Source of the DNA: Macrostomum lignano
Taxonomy: Eukaryota
DNA: 64,000 bases
Direction: 5' to 3'
NCBI GenBank assembly: GCA_002269645.1
Contig: NIVC01002619.1
Location: 1 to 64,000, forward strand
In this document: one piece after another, positions 25,554 to 40,800 of the stretch
Layout of the letters: every line of letters starts with the position of its first letter
Position numbering within the stretch: the stretch's first letter is position 1
Notes under the pieces: generated by a model
Databases searched by the model: none
The model's input: only the letters and a program-made list of their open reading frames with translations
Told to the model about the DNA's origin: nothing
Made by a program: the position numbers and the translations under genes

Positions 25554-26185
25554 TAGAGGCCAGACAAACTCAGGTTTTGGTCAAGTCAAGTGACCAAACT
25601 TTGGGAGTTCGAACTGAGTATTCAAGTCAAGCTTTGTTGAGCAGTCGAGTTTTTGACAATGTTGGACTGTTGAACTGAACGGGGAACCGAAAATCCGGTC
25701 ATCAGTCGAGTAGAAAGAAAATTCGGTAGTTAGTGAATTTCAAACCTCAACCTATTTGACTATTGTCATATTTTTTGCACTAAACTTTGTAATTTTTATT
25801 TTGTTAGTATTTCCAATAATTAAAGATTATTAAATAATACCTTCAGTAAAAAATCGGGCTTTTCAATTATTTTTTGTTTGAGTAACTTAATCAATTCATT
25901 TAAGTGAAGATATTCTAGGAAATCAAAAATAACCTCGAAGGCTCGCTCGAAGTAAATAAACGAATCAATTTGGCATACTGCCATACTTGCCTCATTTAGT
26001 CCTTTTTGAAATTGCTTCTAAGCGATTTTTTGGGTATACTTAAAATTAAAAAACCTTTTATAAACCCGCCGAACTTTTCCCGACTCCTGACACTTACTCC
26101 CGACATGGTCGGCAATCTGAAAAAACACCCGGGTCCCAACCAAGAACCAAGTTGGGATCGGGATCGGGATCCCGGTCGGGCTCTA
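25554..26185. mobile_element. Possible degenerate hAT-like MITE (TAGAG...CTCTA ends)
   Basis: The right end CGGGATCCCGGTCGGGCTCTA resembles the 22823 family. The left end and TSD are only a partial match. Confidence 0.3.
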
Positions 26186-26380
26186 CTAGGTTCTATGTAT
26201 TATCTTGCAATAGCAGCATACTTCTATGGTGATCACCTTCCTGCTGACTGGCCAGCCTTTGCCTTCCTTCGTATTAGCTCCCCTGGTGACCTGGTCCTGG
26301 TGCCTTGTATTGCTTTGACTGCTGCTTGGAGTTGGATTCTGGCTAGGCTAGAATTGATAAACTTATGTTTTGTCCACTGT

Positions 26381-26699
26381 TATACATGCGCAACAGTCAG
26401 CCGAGTTGGCTGATCTAGCCAACCAATTTGGTGGCCAACCAAGGTAAAATGCAAAAATGCCCATCCTAATTCCTAGGGGCCTAATAAATACCCAAATAGT
26501 ACTAAGTAGCTAATGAGACATTTTGCCTTAATAAGACAATCATAGTTACTCCTGCCATTTACCCAAAGTTGCATTAATTTTACTTTAGGGTTTCTTTTAC
26601 GTGTATATCACATTTTTGGCCAAAAACTACATTACAATCATATTTTTTGTTAAAATTATGTTGCATAACTGACCAAATTTTGGAGGTTGCGCATGTATG
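26381..26699. mobile_element. Second, more diverged copy of the same MITE family
   Basis: Colinear with 24952-25249 and has the same TIRs. Degenerate TSD TCCACTGT/TCTATTGT. Confidence 0.8.
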
Positions 26700-29600
26700 T
26701 CTATTGTTACCAAATGCTGTTGAAATCAATTGGGATTAGCCAGGGACTGCCATGCTGCAGGAATTCCCACATCTGCAGGAATTCTATGTACTAGTATAGG
26801 TCCTATAGGAAACAGGAAAGTATAGTTTTTTTAAAGTGTCTATATGAATTTTAAAATAAATCTAATAAAGTCAAGTTTACCTATTTTGTTATATATTAGA
26901 CTTGAGGTTTTATAGGTTCTCTATATTGTTGAGAGAAACAAGGTGTTTGAAAGTATGTCCCATATTATAACTTTGAAAAGAATGTTCCCTGATTTTATTA
27001 TTCTAGAAACCATGAAACTTTCTCCTAAAAAGTTTTATACCTTTTGACAAACAGTATTCATATATATCTAAACCAATAAGGCTTAGCTACACAAGCTCAT
27101 GAGTAAAACCAAATTTTTGTTGCTTGCTACTGAAGCCAACAAGGGGCAAAGTCACCTAGCAATAGTTATCTGCTATTTTTAAGGTTGGGAGATTCAAATA
27201 GTTTTGCTAGGCATACTTATTATCCATGCAACAAATGCAAAAATACAATTATAGATGTAAACAGGAACAATAAATATGTAGACAAACATAGTAGAAAGAT
27301 GAGCAACTGTGTTTCTCTTATGTAAAACTATTATACTATAATTATGTGGTTCAATGGCTAGTAGTATAAAATTGGTCTAGGATCAAGGTGCAGCTTAGCT
27401 GGACATTGGAGGATATAGCCCTCATCATGCTTACAATGCCTAGAAGAAGGCCATTGATTCCCTTCCTTAAAGGATTTGCTTCTGTTATATTCTATTCAAC
27501 CTGCTTTGTTAGTTTCCCAATATAAAAAAATTATAACCAGTCAGCTAATTTGTTAGAAATAAAAATGTTGAAATTTCTATGGCCTGTCAAGACTAGATTG
27601 TTGCAGCTTGTAGTTGTGAGGCAAATCTTGGATTAGTTTGATTTGTTGAAAACCTTCAACAAACATTGTGATGAGCTTGCTAGTCAAATAGACCATATAG
27701 CTCAAATTCAAGCAATGCTGCAAGACCCACTTACTAAGCCACTTCTGCTGGTCAATGACTATAGCATCACTATAGAGCACCTTGAGCAGCTTTTCTAAAG
27801 TGGAAACATATAGGTTCCTGCCTTGTTGTATATTTCTATGGTTGAACTCTATAAGTCTTGGCTATTGTGTTTATCTTGATTTTAATTGACTACATTGAAA
27901 ACGGGAATTTGATCCTAGTATGGGAAAGTAAAAAAAAATTAGTTGCTGTGGGGCCTAGGATCAGCCTAGAATAGCTAAAGATTCTGCTTGCTCATTGTGT
28001 GCTAGATCTGAATTTGTTCTTGTATGAAATCATGGCACTTACCAAATAGTCACCTTTTTATTAGCAATTGTTATATAATGATGGCATGAATTTTTATAAC
28101 ATATCAAGAGTGTTAGCAATGTAGCACTTTGCACTCAGTTACTTGGGTGGTCAGCAAGTCTTGAATTCTGTTTGCCATTTCTGTTATAGTGACTTGCAGG
28201 CTATGCTAATAATCATCTTCTAGGCTTTCTCTCATGCTTGAACCTCGCAAATTATTTCTTAACTATAGTATAAGATGGTATGTCATCTTCAAAGGTGGCC
28301 ATTATGTTGAAATGAATTTCCTATGGCAAATATTTGATGATAGTGTGATGCTAGATTTTTTATGACAAATGTTAAAAATGGTTTTCTAAAATAAAAGCTT
28401 TTTTAGGTCTTTCATAAAGCCAATATGCTTCAAATTGAGTTAATAAACTCTCAATATATAGTGAATTGAATAACTAACATAAGGTAGGTAAGATAACTGC
28501 TTCTATGTTAGGCTGCAAACTTTTTTTATCAACCCTTGCATTGCAATTCTATCCTACCAAGATAAAATAAAAAGAATCATGAATTGACAATCTATGCAAG
28601 CAAAAAAATAAAAAAACTAAATGTTTAAAAATTGTTTTTATCTGTCACTATGAATTTGTCATTCAATGCATTTGTCACAAAAAAATTAACAAAGATTTTT
28701 TTATATTGGAAAGACAAAACAATATCTATATAATAGAACTAAAGAACCAAAGGTATGGCAAATATTGTGGGTAAGAAAGTTTAAATAATGAGGTCTATCT
28801 GGGGTCTACCTATTGCTACCTATATAAGGAGTATTGGCTTTGACTTTTGCTTCTTTTTTGAGAAAAAAAGTTGCCTATAATACTTAATAAATTATATTAA
28901 ATGAGTAGTGTATATATGATTTTATAATATATAATACATTTGATTATAGTTTTAAGGAAAATTATGAGTCTTGATTTAGGATTTATTTTAATCTGGGTAT
29001 TGAGGTGGGCAGCAGCTACTGTGTGCCAAATGAATTTGTATTTGTAGAGAGCAAAAAGTTCTTATAGGTGTATGTATACAATCAGGTTAAATAGGCCAAT
29101 GCAACAATTAGTCAGTCAACTCCAACTCCTACACACTAGGCTAGGTGGGCAACCCCTACTAGGTTAGTGGCACACAGATTTGGCATGATGAGCAGGTTGG
29201 TTGAAGGGCACCTAAATGGCTGCCTTCAGGTGCACTTGTACTTGACTGCCACAGTATGATAATTTTTAAATGAGGGTCCATTTAATAAAGGATAATATTA
29301 CAAGTTATTTAGAATCAAACCTTTGAAGTAATCCCAGACTTTATACAAATAAAAAATTAGGAAACCAGGATGCTAATATATACCTTAGTTCCATTATACA
29401 AGAATAGATTGGGAGGGAAAGAGACCCTGTCTCTAATAACCCACACTAGATTTTGCCTAAGGAAATGATGGTCTCCTCTTGGAAAATGTGCAATGTCTAG
29501 GTGAGGCTTTTGGAGTCCATGAGCTATGGCAATGGAGTATGTACCTATGGTACCAGGATTGAAAGATGCAAGATAAAGACAAACAGGGGAAGTAAGGGTT

Positions 29601-29873
29601 GATAGAGACCAGAGGTTGGCAAAAGTTTTACTTAAAACTTTACACTAACATTGTAAAATCTCAAAAGACCCTAGTGCCTGATAGAGAGGCTTTATGGGCT
29701 GCATGTAGCCTGTAGGCCGGAGTTTGCTCACCACTGATTAAGATATCAATATCATGCCGCTACTTGTGAGTAGTGCTACTAGTAAATTTGTCCAATTTTA
29801 GCACTGTGAACAAAAGCCAAGTGCAGAAAATGTATTTCCTATTTACCAAAAAATTGCATGCCAATCAAACGCA

Positions 29874-32800
29874 ATGTCCGCTTCGGCAATTTACATCCTG
29901 GACACCAAGGGCAAGGTGTTAATTAGCAGGAATTATCGCGGCGATGTGCCAATGTCTACTATTGAAAAATTCATGCCTCTATTGGTTGAGCGAGAAGAAG
30001 AGGGCACAGTACAGCCTGTGCTGTCATGTGACGATGCCTATTTTATGTACATCTCGCATAACAATGTCTACCTGGTTGCCACCACTAGGAAGAATGCCAA
30101 TGCCGGTCTCGTGTTCACCTTTCTGCACAAAATTGCCGACGTGTTTGTTGAGTACTTCAAAGACCTTGAGGAGGAGAGCATTCGGGATAATTTTGTGATT
30201 GTGTATGAACTGCTCGACGAGGTTATGGACTTTGGATTTCCGCAGACTACAGATACGAGAATTCTGCAGGTAACGATTAGCTTGCTTAGCTTACCTTGTC
30301 CCTAATTAATTATCAAAATCCCAATCTGACTAATTAATTATCGAAATCTTAATCTTAATACCAATAATAATCGATCTCCCAGGCCTCCCAAGCCTACTAA
30401 TTATTTATCAATATCTCAACCCTACTAATTAATTATCGATATCTCAACCCTACTAATTAATTATCGATATCTTAAACATACTAATTGATTGTCGATATCT
30501 CAAACCTACCAAATAATTATCAATATCCCAAGCCTACCAAATAATTATCAATATCCCGACCCTACCAATTAATTATCGATATCCCAACCCTACCAATTAA
30601 TTATTGATATCCCAAGTTTACTAATTAATTATTAATGTCTCGACCCTACTAACTACTTATCGATATCCAAACCCTACTAATGTATTATCGATGTCCCAAT
30701 TCCTACTAGATAATTATCGGTATCTTAACTTTACTACTTAGTTATCGTTATCTCAACCATATAAATCAATTATCAGTATCTTAAACCTACTAATAATTTA
30801 TCGATATTTTCAAATCCCTGCTAATTAATTATGATATCTCCTAATTCCTAATAATTAGTTTTAAAAAATCTCCTAATCGCTACCCATTAACTATTAACAT
30901 CTTCCAATACTTACAATTTAGTTTTGAATAGTCTAATCCCTACTAATTACTTTTAATATCCAAATCCCCTCTTTAATTATAGAAATCCCATAATTGACTT
31001 TTTAAATTCCCCAAAAAACAAGGAGTTCATCACCCAGGAGAGCCACAAGCTGGAGGTGGCCCCGAAACTGCCGCCAGCCGTTACTAACGCCGTCTCGTGG
31101 CGCTCCGAGGGCATCAAATATCGCAAAAACGAAGTCTTCCTAGACGTTATCGAAAGCGTCAATTTGTTAGTAAGCGTTAGCGGCAACGTGTTGCGCAGCG
31201 AAATTGTTGGCAGCGTTCGTATGCGAGACTATCTGAGCGGAATGCCCGAACTGAGGCTGGGTCTCAACGATAAAGTTCTGTTCGATGCTACTGGAAGTAA
31301 GTTGTTTGATTTTTTCATTATCTTTGAAAATACATGGAGAAAATTGTATGTCGGCTACACTACTTAACTTAGTAGCTGAATTTGCATTCTATATCCACAA
31401 AATAGCGGGTCCTTTAATACTACTAACTAAGTAGCTGAATTTGCATTTTTAATCTACAAAATAACGGTCTATTTACACTACTTACTAAGTACCGAATTCG
31501 AATTTTAAATCCACCAAATAGTGTGTCTATTTACACTACTTACTAAGTACCCGAATTCGAATTTTAAATCCACCAAATAGTGTGTCTATTTACACTACTT
31601 ACTAAGTACCCGAATTCGAATTTTAAATCCACCAAATAGTGTGTCTATTTACACTACTTACTAAGTACCCGAATTCGAATTTTAAATCCACCAAATAGTG
31701 TGTCTATTTACACTACTTACTAAGTACCCGAATTCGAATTTTAAATCCACCAAATAGTGTGTCTATTTACACTACTAACTAAGTAGCTGAATTTGCATTT
31801 TTAATCTACAAAATAACGGTCTATTTACACTACTTACTAAGTACCCGAATTCGAATTTTAAATCCACCAAATAGTGTGTCTATTTACACTACTTACTAAG
31901 TACCCGAATTCGAATTTTAAATCCACAAATAGTGTGTCTATTTACACTACTTACTAAGTACCCGAATTCGAATTTTAAATCCACAAAATAGTGTGTCTAT
32001 TTACACTACTTACTAAGTAGCTGAATTCGAGTTTTAAATCTACAAAAGCGTGTCTATTTTTACACTACTTACTTATTAAGTAGCAGGATTCGCATATTCA
32101 ATCCTAAATACTCGACATTTCTTCATTTTTCAGGAGGCAAGAGCAAATCTGTCGAATTGGAGGACGTCAAATTCCATCAGTGCGTCCGTCTCTCTAGGTT
32201 TGAAAACGACCGTACGATCTCTTTTATACCGCCCGACGGTGACTTTGAGCTGATGTCCTACCGGCTTAATACTCAGGTTAAGCCGCTAATCTGGGTTGAA
32301 TGCGCCGCGGAACGTCACGCGCATAGTCGAGTCGAGTACATGATCAAGGTGAGCTGGAGTTTGATCTATTGGCGTTTGACTATACCGATGGGTTAGTAGA
32401 ATCCACCGATGGGTTAGTAGACTCTACCGATGGATTAGTAGTCTCTACCGATAGGTTAGTAGACTCTACCGATGGGTTAGTAGACTACCGATGGGTTAGT
32501 AGACTCTACCAATGGATTAGTAGACTCTACCGATGGGTTAGTAGACTACCGATGCGTTAGTAGAATCCACCAATGGGTTAGTAGACTCTACCGATGGGTT
32601 AGTAGACTCCACCGATGGGTTAGTAGACTCTACCGATGGGTTCGTATTTAGTAGACTCTACCGATGGATTAGTAGACTCTACCGATGGGTTAGTAGACTC
32701 TACCGATGGATTAGTAGACTCTACCGATGGGTTAGTAGACTACCGATGGATTAGTAGACTCTACCGATGGGTTAGTAGACTCTACCGATGGGTTAGTAGA

Positions 32801-33937
32801 CTCTACCGATAGGTTAGTAGACTCTACCGATGGGTTAGTAGAATCCACCGATGGGTTAGTAGACTCTACCGATGGGTTAGTAGACTCTACCGATGCGTTA
32901 GTAGAATCCACCGATGGGTTAGTAGACTCTACCGATGGCTTAGTAAAATCTTTTAATTGGGCTAGCAGAATATACCGCGATAGGGTAGTCACAATATACT
33001 AAATCTTCTAATCTACTAAACTCGTAATATTTGTTTGAATTTAAGAAGTGTTAGTTTACTAGTGTACTAATCTGACATCGAACCCACTACTCGTATCAAA
33101 GTCAACAAAGCAGCCTTGCAATCTGTCGATACAATACTCCAAGCTTATCTATTTCTAAGTAATCGCCATTCTACTCTCGCAGGCTAAAAGCCAGTTCAAG
33201 CGACGCAGCACGGCAAACAATGTGGACATCATCATTCCTGTGCCTGCCGATGTTGACTCGCCAAAGTTTAAGGTTGGCTTTTGGTTTTCTACTTAACAGT
33301 AGTTTGTTAAAGTTTATAAGTATTTAGAAAAGCATTTCGAAATGTCTACAGAATCATTAATATGCTTCTTGTTTTTGATTTATAGATGCAAATCCAAGAA
33401 GCAAATAAAGATAAAGTTGAATACGAAATTAAAGGAAATTAAGGTGTTTTGGATTCCAAATCTAATGAACAAATGAAGGTTAATTAGATGCAAATCTAGG
33501 AAGCAAAAGGTCAAGTTCAATACGAAACTAAGGAACAAATGAAGGTTAATTGAATTCAAGTCTAAGGAAGAAAAATAAAGTCAAGTTGAAAACGAAAAGG
33601 GACAAATGAAGGTCAAGTCGAACATGTGAGACAATGAACAAATGGACGTAATTCAACCATCCCCGCAGACTACGGTGGGCAGCTGCCGCTACCAGCCCGA
33701 GAGCAGCTCTCTGGTGTGGAGCATCAAAGCATTCCCTGGCGGCAAGGAGTTCATTATGAGGGCGCATTTTGGACTGCCTACGGTTGACACCGATGAGAGC
33801 AATGGGAAGCCGCCGATTGCCGTGAAATTCGAGATCCCATATTTTACTGTGTCTGGCATTCAGGTAAGATATTTTTCACTGATGTGTGCTATATGTAAGG
33901 CAGACAGACAGACAGACAGACAGACAAGCAGGCAGAA

Positions 33938-34005
<68 letters not shown>

Positions 34006-34025
34006 GGATAGACAGACAGAAAGAA

Positions 34026-34100
<75 letters not shown>

Positions 34101-34180
34101 CAGGCAGAAAGACAGACAGACAGACAGACAAGCAGGCAGAAAGACAGACAGACAGACAGACAGACAGACAGGCAGACAGG

Positions 34181-34215
<35 letters not shown>

Positions 34216-34237
34216 GCAGGCAGACAGACAGACAGGC

Positions 34238-34277
<40 letters not shown>

Positions 34278-34293
34278 GGATAGACAGACAGAA

Positions 34294-34340
<47 letters not shown>

Positions 34341-34341
34341 A

Positions 34342-34388
<47 letters not shown>

Positions 34389-34433
34389 CAGGCAGAAAGA
34401 CAGACAGACAAACAGACAGACAAGCAGGCAGAA

Positions 34434-34478
<45 letters not shown>

Positions 34479-34481
34479 GGC

Positions 34482-34530
<49 letters not shown>

Positions 34531-34710
34531 GGCAGAAAGACACTAAGAAGGCAGACAGACAGAAAGGCACCTTAATCTCAGCATTCGATCAAACCCGAAC
34601 CTGCCCGCCAGGTGCGCTACCTGAAGATCATAGAGAAGAGCGGCTACCAAGCCCTGCCCTGGGTGCGCTATATCACTCAGAATGGAGAATATCAACTGAG
34701 AACGCAGTGA
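29874..34710 (+). CDS. AP1M1: AP-1 adaptor complex mu-1 subunit, 422 aa
   Basis: Exons 29874-30269, 31023-31296, 32134-32348, 33183-33272, 33669-33863 and 34612-34710 total 1269 nt, in phase. It runs from MSASAIYILDTKGKVLISRNYRGD to ALPWVRYITQNGEYQLRTQ*, closely matching mu1 rather than mu2. Confidence 0.97.
30300..30960. repeat. Degenerate 28-bp AT-rich minisatellite (CCTACTAATTAATTATCGATATCTCAAC), AP1M1 intron 1
   Basis: Period of 28 (30421 and 30449). Confidence 0.85.
31360..32090. repeat. 59-bp minisatellite, AP1M1 intron 2
   Basis: AATTTTAAATCCACCAAATAGTGTGTC recurs at 31501, 31560 and 31619. Confidence 0.92.
32385..32945. repeat. 21-bp minisatellite (GACTCTACCGATGGGTTAGTA), AP1M1 intron 3
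   Basis: About 26 units. It gives the 7-aa periodic ORFs. Confidence 0.95.
33900..34565. repeat. (GACA)n microsatellite, AP1M1 intron 5
   Basis: About 660 bp of GACA with GGCA/GAAA variants. Confidence 0.97.
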
Positions 34711-35014
34711 TTCAACTATCACGTGCAGACTCTCAGTTTGGACAGACAGATTGAAAGCAAAATGATTGCCTTTTTCTGTGGCTTGCGTCTTGCTTGAAGT
34801 TGTCTGGTCAGCAATTGCCCTAGGCCCCTATATATATAAATGCGTTTTGATTATTGAAAAATTTACTGTATACTCCATTGTTTGTTGAGAATGGAAAGTT
34901 GGTTATATTTATTAACTGTTGTCAAGTTCAATTGTTTTAAATTCAAAATTCTGGCCTCTTTTCTCTTTTACGTTGTATTTATCAAATTTTATAGTCAGAT
35001 TCTGAAGAAGTTTT

Positions 35015-35280
35015 GATAGGTTGAGTAAGCGCGTCTCAATTCTTGTGCCACACCAAAAGCCTTGGTTCAATTCCACGTGTAGAACAACATTTATTTGGGG
35101 CTAGTGTGCACGAAGTTTTGGCAGCGGTGGTGGGGTGAGGCTTTGTCCTTCGAGCCGCAAAGGGCCAGCCCCCAACGCACTGAGAGTGTACATTCCTGAC
35201 GATTAGAAAGTCAAAAAGGGCCAGTGTACACACTGTGCAAACACTGTACACACTACACACTGTGTACACACTGCACACAC
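35015..35280 (+). mobile_element. Possible degenerate tRNA-derived SINE
   Basis: A-box-like TAGGTTGAGT followed by B-box-like GGTTCAATTCC and a (TG/CA)-rich tail. No second copy in the window. Confidence 0.3.
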
Positions 35281-35309
35281 ACAAAAATGTGCAAAATTTT
35301 CCTTGGTTG

Positions 35310-37315
35310 TGCTGGAATGTTAAAGAGGATGCTGGAATGTTGGAGAGGATGCTGGAATGTTGGAGCTGATGCTGTAAATGTTGGACAGGATGCTGGAATG
35401 TTGGCGAGGATGCTGGAATGTTGGCGAGGATGCTGGAATGTTGGAGAGGATGCTGGAATGTTGGAGAGGATGCTGGCATATTGGGGAGAATGCTGGAATG
35501 TTGGAGATGATGCTGGAATGTTGAAGATGATGCTGGCATGTTTGAGAAGATGCTGAAATGTTGGAGATGATGCTGGAATGTTGGAGAGGATGCTGGAATG
35601 TTGGAGATGATGCTGGAATGTTGAAGATGATGCTGGAATGTTGGAGAAGATGCTGAAATGTTGGAGAGGATGCTTAAATGTTGAAGAGGATGCTGGAATG
35701 TTGAAGATGATGCTGAAATGTTGGCGAGGATGCTGGAATGTTGGCGAGGATGCTGGAATGTTGGAGAGGATGCTGGAATGTTGGAGAGGATGCTGGCATA
35801 TTGGGGAGAATGCTGGAATGTTGGAGATGATGCTGGAATGTTGAAGATGATGCTGGCATGTTTGAGAAGATGCTGAAATGTTGGAGATGATGCTGGAATG
35901 TTGGAGAGGATGCTGAAATGTTGGAGATGATGCTGGAATGTTGAAGATGATGCTGGAATGTTGGAGAAGATGCTGAAATTTTGGAGAGGATGCTTAAATG
36001 TTGGAGAGGATGCTGGAATGTTGAAGATGATGCTGAAATGTTGGAGAGGATGCTGGAATGTTGGAGAGGATGCTGGAATGTTGGAGAGGATGCTGAAATG
36101 TTGGAGAGGATGCTGGAATGTTGGAGAGGATGCTGAAATGTTGGAGAGGATGCTGGAATGTTGGAGAGGATGCTGGAATGTTGGAGAGGATGCTGGAATG
36201 TTGGAGAGGATGCTGAAATGTTGGAGAGGATGCTGGAATGTTGGCGAGGATGCTGGAATGTTGGCGAGGATGCTGGAATGTTGGAGAGGATGCTGGAATG
36301 TTGGAGAGGATGCTGGAATGTTGGAGAGGATGCTGGCATATTGGGGAGAATGCTGGAATGTTGGAGAGGATGCTGGAATGTTGGAGAGGATGCTGAAATG
36401 TTGGAGAGGATGCTGGAATGTTGGAGAGGATGCTGAAATGTTGGAGAGGATGCTGGAATGTTGGCGAGGATGCTGGAATGTTGGAGAGGATGCTGGAATG
36501 TTGGAGAGGATGCTGAAATGTTGGAGAGGATGCTGGAATGTTGGAGAGGATGCTGGAATGTTGGAGAGGATGCTGGAATGTTGGAGAGGATGCTGGAATG
36601 TTGGAGAGGATGCTGAAATGTTGGAGAGGATGCTGGAATGTTGGAGAGGATGCTGGAATGTTGGAGAGGATGCTGGAATGTTGGAGAGGATGCTGGAATG
36701 TTGGAGAGGATGCTGAAATGTTGGAGAGGATGCTGGAATGTTGGAGAGGATGCTGGAATGTTGGAGAGGATGCTGGAATGTTGGAGAGGATGCTGGAATG
36801 TTGGAGAGGATGCTGGAATGTTGGAGAGGATGCTGAAATGTTGGAGAGGATGCTGGAATGTTGGAGAGGATGCTGGAATGTTGGAGAGGATGCTGGAATG
36901 TTGGAGAGGATGCTGGAATGTTGGAGAGGATGCTGAAATGTTGGAGAGGATGCTGGAATGTTGGAGAGGATGCTGGAATGTTGGAGAGGATGCTGGAATG
37001 TTGGAGAGGATGCTGGAATGTTGGAGAGGATGCTGGAATGTTGGAGAGGATGCTGAAATGTTGGAGAGGATGCTGGAATGTTGGAGAGGATGCTGGAATG
37101 TTGGAGAGGATGCTGGAATGTTGGAGAGGATGCTGGAATGTTGGAGAGGATGCTGAAATGTTGGAGAGGATGCTGGAATGTTGGAGAGGATGCTGGAATG
37201 TTGGAGAGGATGCTGGAATGTTGGAGAGGATGCTGGAATGTTGGAGAGGATGCTGGAATGTTGGAGAGGATGCTGAAATGTTGGAGAGGATGCTGGAATG
37301 TTGGAGCTGATGCTG
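35310..37315. repeat. 20-bp minisatellite (TGCTGGAATGTTGGAGAGGA) with a 220-bp higher-order period
   Basis: About 100 units. The GAAATG variant recurs at 36711, 36931 and 37151. Confidence 0.97.
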
Positions 37316-37849
37316 TAAGTACTAGAATATATTAAATTGTAGTTACGAGCGTAACTTTTTTATAAGCTTTCGATACCCCGTGGCTTCACTGTTTTGTGTG
37401 CAATATCAAATTTTCAACGAAAACAATGATTTTGAATTTTTTAGCCTAATAATGCATATAAGAAATGCATATTGATGTAAATAATAAGTCACCGGCTTTT
37501 GATCTCAAATCCACCTATATTTATTCGCAATAGCTCATTCAAATTTCTTTGGGTCACTCGCTACAATTTTTGCACTTTTTCAACTGCAATGCCTATTATT
37601 GTGTAATTCCATTGCATTGTCAGAACGTTCTTGCAATTTTTATAGGGTCTCTTTTTGTGAGGATGTTTTTGGATAATATAATAATGTTAATATACTCATA
37701 AATTAGAAGATTTTTGTTTTAATTGTCCCGTCAGCTGTGTAAACTCATGTACATGCATCTTTCAGCTGTCGTTGCGGCTTATTATTGTGATTTACAGATG
37801 TAGGTTGCAAATCCCCACTTTGTCTCCTAAGACACATTTCCCATCCTAG

Positions 37850-40800
37850 ACACTTATTTCTCATCATAGACTCAGCATAGATACTCATCTCCTCATCATA
37901 GACTCAGCATAGACACTCATCTCTCACCATAGACTCAGCATAGACACTCATCTCCTCATCATAGACTCATCATAGACTCAGCATAGACACTCATCTCCTC
38001 ATCATAGACTCATCATAGACTCAGCATAGACACTGATTTCTCATCATAGACTCAGCATAGACACTCATTTCTCAGGATATACTCAGCATAGACACTCATC
38101 TCTCATCATAGACTCAGCATAGACACTCATCTCTCAGGATATACTCATCATAGACACTCATTTCTCATCATAGACTCAGCATAGAAACTCATCTCTCATC
38201 ATAGACTCAGCATAGACACTCATCTCTCATCATAGACTCAGCATAGAAACTCATCTCTCAGGATATACTCATCATAGAAACTCATCTCTCAGGATATACT
38301 CATCATAGAAACTCATCTCTCAGGATATACTCATCATAGAAACTCATCTCTCATCATATACTCATCATAGACACTCATTTCTCATCATAGACTCAGCATA
38401 GACACTCATCTCCTCATCATAGACTCATCATAGACACTCATCTCCTCATCATAGACTCAGCATAGACACTCATTTCTCATCATAGACTCAGCATAGACAC
38501 TCATCTCCTCATCATAGACTCATCATAGACTCAGCATAGACACTCATCTCCTCATCATAGACTCATCATAGACTCAGCATAGACACTCATCTCCTCGTCA
38601 TAGATCATCATAGACTCAGCATAGACACTGATCTCTCATCATAGACTCAGAATAGACACTCATCTCTCAGGATATACTCATCATAGACACTCATTTCTCA
38701 TCATAGACTCATCATAGAAACTCATCTCTCATCATAGACTCATCATAGACACTCATCTCTCATCATAGACTCAGCATAGACACTCATCTCTCATCATAGA
38801 CTCAGCATAGACACTCATTTCTCATCATAGACTCATCATAGAAACTCATCTCTCATCATAGACTCAGCATAGACACTCATCTCTCATCATAGACTCAGCA
38901 TAGAAACTCATCTCAGGATATACTCATCATAGAAACTCATCTCTCATCATAGACTCAGCATAGAAACTCATCTCTCAGGATATACTCATCATAGAAACTC
39001 ATCTCTCATCATAGACTCAGCATAGACACTCATCTCTCATCATAGACTCAGCATAGAAACTCATCTCAGGATATACTCATCATAGAAACTCATCTCTCAT
39101 CATAGACTCAGCATAGATACTCATCTCCTCATCATAGACTCAGCATAGACACTCATCTCCTCATCATAGACTCATCATAGACACTCATTTCTCATCATAG
39201 ACTCAGCATAGATACTCATCTCCTCATCATAGACTCAGCATAGACACTCATCTCCTCATCATAGACTCATCATAGACACTCATTTCTCATCATAGACTCA
39301 GCATAGACACTCATCTCCTCATCATAGACTCATCATAGACTCAGCATAGACACTCATCTCCTCATCATAGACTCATCATAGACTCAGCATAGACACTGAT
39401 TTCTCATCATAGACTCATCATAGACTCAGCATAGACACTCATCTCCTCGTCATAGATCATCATAGACTCAGCATAGACACTGATTTCTCATCATAGACTC
39501 AGCATAGACACTCATCTCTCAGGATATACTCATCATAGACACTCATTTCTCATCATAGACTCATCATAGAAACTCATCTCTCATCATAGACTCATCATAG
39601 ACACTCATTTCTCATCATAGACTCAGCATAGAAACTCATCTCTCGTCATAGACTCAGCATATACACTCATCTCTCATCATAGACTCAGCATAGACACTCA
39701 TCTCTCATCATAGACTCAGCATAGACACTCATCTCTCATCATAGACTCAGCATAGAAACTCATCTCAGGATATACTCATCATAGAAACTCATCTCTCATC
39801 ATAGACTCAGCATAGAAACTCATCTCTCAGGATATACTCATCATAGAAACTCATCTCTCATCATAGACTCAGCATAGACACTCATCTCTCATCATAGACT
39901 CAGCATAGATACTCATCTCCTCATCATAGACTCAGCATAGACACTCATCTCCTCATCATAGACTCATCATAGACACTCATTTCTCATCATAGACTCAGCA
40001 TAGATACTCATCTCCTCATCATAGACTCAGCATAGACACTCATCTCCTCATCATAGACTCATCATAGACACTCATTTCTCATCATAGACTCAGCATAGAC
40101 ACTCATCTCCTCATCATAGACTCATCATAGACTCAGCATAGACACTCATCTCTCATCATAGACTCAGCATAGACACTCATTTCTCATCATAGACTCATCA
40201 TAGAAACTCATCTCTCATCATAGACTCAGCATAGACACTCATCTCTCATCATAGACTCAGCATAGAAACTCATCTCAGGATATACTCATCATAGAAACTC
40301 ATCTCTCATCATAGACTCAGCATAGAAACTCATCTCTCAGGATATACTCATCATAGAAACTCATCTCTCATCATAGACTCAGCATAGACACTCATCTCTC
40401 ATCATAGACTCAGCATAGAAACTCATCTCAGGATATACTCATCATAGAAACTCATCTCTCATCATAGACTCAGCATAGATACTCATCTCCTCATCATAGA
40501 CTCAGCATAGACACTCATCTCCTCATCATAGACTCATCATAGACACTCATTTCTCATCATAGACTCAGCATAGATACTCATCTCCTCATCATAGACTCAG
40601 CATAGACACTCATCTCCTCATCATAGACTCATCATAGACACTCATTTCTCATCATAGACTCAGCATAGACACTCATCTCCTCATCATAGACTCATCATAG
40701 ACTCAGCATAGACACTCATCTCCTCATCATAGACTCATCATAGACTCAGCATAGACACTGATTTCTCATCATAGACTCATCATAGACTCAGCATAGACAC

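Noticed and set aside
27500-28400. Possible decayed MULE transposase on the minus strand (CFHF, near-DGTF)
   Set aside because: Motifs are in different frames with many stops, too weak to support without a profile search.
35015-35075. Functional tRNA gene (also 55750-55805 and 62785-62820)
   Set aside because: A/B boxes are present but there is no complete cloverleaf or acceptor stem. These are better explained as SINE heads.
33860-37335. RQTD, CLSV, MLERMLECW and FQHPLQHSS ORFs
   Set aside because: Translations of the (GACA)n and 20-bp arrays.
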